A DNA stretch of 49,402 nucleotides from an uncultured bacterium (GTDB lineage: Bacteria > CAYJRR01). Shown here piece by piece: positions 47,900-49,402 of this stretch. Numbering within the stretch: position 1 is the first letter of the stretch; the number at the start of each line of letters is the position of its first letter. Under the pieces are notes generated by a model that searched no databases, was not told where the DNA came from, and was given only the letters and a program-made list of their open reading frames with translations. The position numbers were made by a program, and so were the translations under genes. The stretch is taken from positions 1-49,402 of the forward strand of contig CAYJRR010000015.1 in assembly GCA_964372275.1 (NCBI GenBank). Direction: 5' to 3'.

Positions 47900-49210
47900 C
47901 TAGAAAAGCAGCTGGAGGCTGGTGGAGGCCACCCCCGCGGGGGTGTCGGCGCGCAGCGTTTCGGTGCCTTCGACGTAGCCGGCGGTCCACTGGTAGGCGT
48001 TCCGCCAGAGGAGGTGTCCGTCGAGGAGCGAGAGGTTCAAGCCCACCGTCGCGGCGGCGGTCCAGTCGGGAAGGCCGAGCGGGTTCTCGCACCCGTAGAT
48101 CGACGTCAGCTCGCGATAGTCGTAGCGGACCCACGGCGTGAAGGCGCCGGCGGTGACGGCCAGCAATCCGTAGGCGCCCGACTGCGACATCGTGCGGCGC
48201 CCCACCCCCTCCGGCGGATTGAGGATCGTCGCGCCGCCGAGCGTCCCTTCGGTCACAAGTAGCACCGGGCCGGCGACGACCTGGAGGTCGTATCCGGTGA
48301 ACCAGTACTCCTGCTCGGTTCCGGCGACGACGAGGTCCTCGATCCCTTTTCCGGCGGCGACGTTTGCGCCGAGACGAACCGACCAGCCCTTGCCGGCGAG
48401 GCTGGGACCGACGCGCGCGACGACGTCCTTGTCGGGGTTCGTCTCGGCCGCCTCCCCTTCCCCGTTCACCACCGCCACCGCGTACTCGAGCGTCGGCGCG
48501 CGGAAAAGCGAGCCGTGAAGCATCAGGCCGCGGTCCCGCACCTCGTCCTTGTATCGCCCTCCCACACGGCCGGCGAGCGACCGGTCGACGGGGACGAGCA
48601 CCGTCTCCGATCGCGGGACCTCGACACCGTACGGCTTGTTGAACTGCCCGACCGTCAGGTCGAGAAAGGGGAAGAGGGTCAGCGTCGCGTATCCGTCGCG
48701 CAGTTCCGCGTCGCCGGTCGCGGCATCGACGCTCGCGGCGAAGGCGAGCCGCGGATGGACCTGTCCCGACGCCTTCAGCCGGACGTTCTGGAGCGCGTAG
48801 CCGTTGCGGCTGGTCTCGTTCTCGGAGAGGCCATCGTGCGCGTCGTATCGCGCGGTGACCCAGCCGCTCAATCCGATGTCGGAGAGATTCACCCGCGGCG
48901 CGGCCCCCCCGTCGCCGGGGTCGATCGGGATCGGTAGCCCGGTGATCGGATCCTTCGGGATGTCCGGCGCGTCGATCTTGATCTTCAGGTCCTTCGGATC
49001 GGGCGTGAAGAGAAAGTCGGGGGTCGCCTCGGGGGTCGGGGAGAGGTCGGGCGCCGCCGTCGCCGACGGACTGGGGTTCGCGGTGGCCTCCGGGGACGGG
49101 GTCGCGAACGGCATCGCCTCCGGAGGGGCGGCCCGAGACGGACCGGCGAGCGAGACGAGCGCGGCGGCGGCGAGGACCGTCCACCGCACGGAGTTCCGAA
49201 GGTCGGCCAC
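47900..49210 (-). CDS. OprO/OprP-like porin, paralog of 27208-28569
   Basis: Signal peptide, Pro/Thr linker, LSGWVTARYD, LRDGYA, VGQF, RDRG, NGEG...DKD, terminal LQLLF. Confidence 0.82.
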   Translation of the reverse strand: MADLRNSVRWTVLAAAALVSLAGPSRAAPPEAMPFATPSPEATANPSPSATAAPDLSPTPEATPDFLFTPDPKDLKIKIDAPDIPKDPITGLPIPIDPGDGGAAPRVNLSDIGLSGWVTARYDAHDGLSENETSRNGYALQNVRLKASGQVHPRLAFAASVDAATGDAELRDGYATLTLFPFLDLTVGQFNKPYGVEVPRSETVLVPVDRSLAGRVGGRYKDEVRDRGLMLHGSLFRAPTLEYAVAVVNGEGEAAETNPDKDVVARVGPSLAGKGWSVRLGANVAAGKGIEDLVVAGTEQEYWFTGYDLQVVAGPVLLVTEGTLGGATILNPPEGVGRRTMSQSGAYGLLAVTAGAFTPWVRYDYRELTSIYGCENPLGLPDWTAAATVGLNLSLLDGHLLWRNAYQWTAGYVEGTETLRADTPAGVASTSLQLLF

Positions 49211-49265
49211 GTCATTCCCCCTGACGGAAACGATACCGAAGTTGCGGCCGGGCCGTCGAGCGGAT

Positions 49266-49400
49266 CTACGGCGCGGTCGGGCTCGGCGCCGGCGTCGGTG
49301 TGACCGACGGCATCGGCTTCACCCCCTGCAGTGGTGCGATGGCGGCTGCGTCCGGGAAGAAGAGTGGCGCGCCGAAGCGGTCGACACCGAATCGGGCGAT
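49266..49400 (-). CDS. 3' end of a probable solute-binding protein (tungstate-binding TupA-like); not in the ORF track
   Basis: Reads IARFGVDRFGAPLFFPDA plus a Pro/Thr tail to TAG, resembling TupA-family C-termini; only 44 aa visible. Confidence 0.5.
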   Translation of the reverse strand: MARFGVDRFGAPLFFPDAAAIAPLQGVKPMPSVTPTPAPSPTAP

Positions 49401-49402
49401 CC

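Noticed and set aside
131-49215. Many long overlapping Arg/Pro/Gly-rich ORFs in the track (for example 2965-5265, 15558-18308, 44479-47340)
   Set aside because: Shadow frames of high-GC genes; no motifs, and they overlap well-supported CDS

Overview
A very GC-rich (about 70% by eye) bacterial scaffold segment with two 100-N gaps. The gene families (FHA-type sigma54 activator, PilZ membrane protein, trypsin and PKD lipoproteins) suggest a Myxococcota-like or deltaproteobacterial genome, which is an inference. About 44 CDS are supported. Housekeeping genes are hemW, prmA, rsmE, radA, an M16 protease and an acyl-CoA dehydrogenase. The biotin cluster is fragmented (bioB-bioF ... bioA-TPR-bioD) and interrupted by an ABC-type pair and a porin. 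Other modules are a DsrE2-TusA-YeiH sulfur module, an SPFH pair, an SH3-M48 pair, a split DUF4331 + TPR operon and many exported proteins. The exported proteins include two tandem Ig + double-beta-propeller proteins, a trypsin, a signal-peptide NuiA fusion, a C39-like peptidase, a glycine-rich beta protein, an FAD oxidase and a PKD lipoprotein. Non-coding signals read from the sequence are five sigma54-type promoters (all before exported proteins), overlapping bidirectional -10 boxes with near-leaderless starts, an AT-rich heptamer hairpin, a 39-bp tandem repeat, a 19-bp direct repeat and a degenerate duplicate of a VTT gene. No rRNA, tRNA, CRISPR array, integrase or transposase was recognised. 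All calls are by motif reading; no database search was run.
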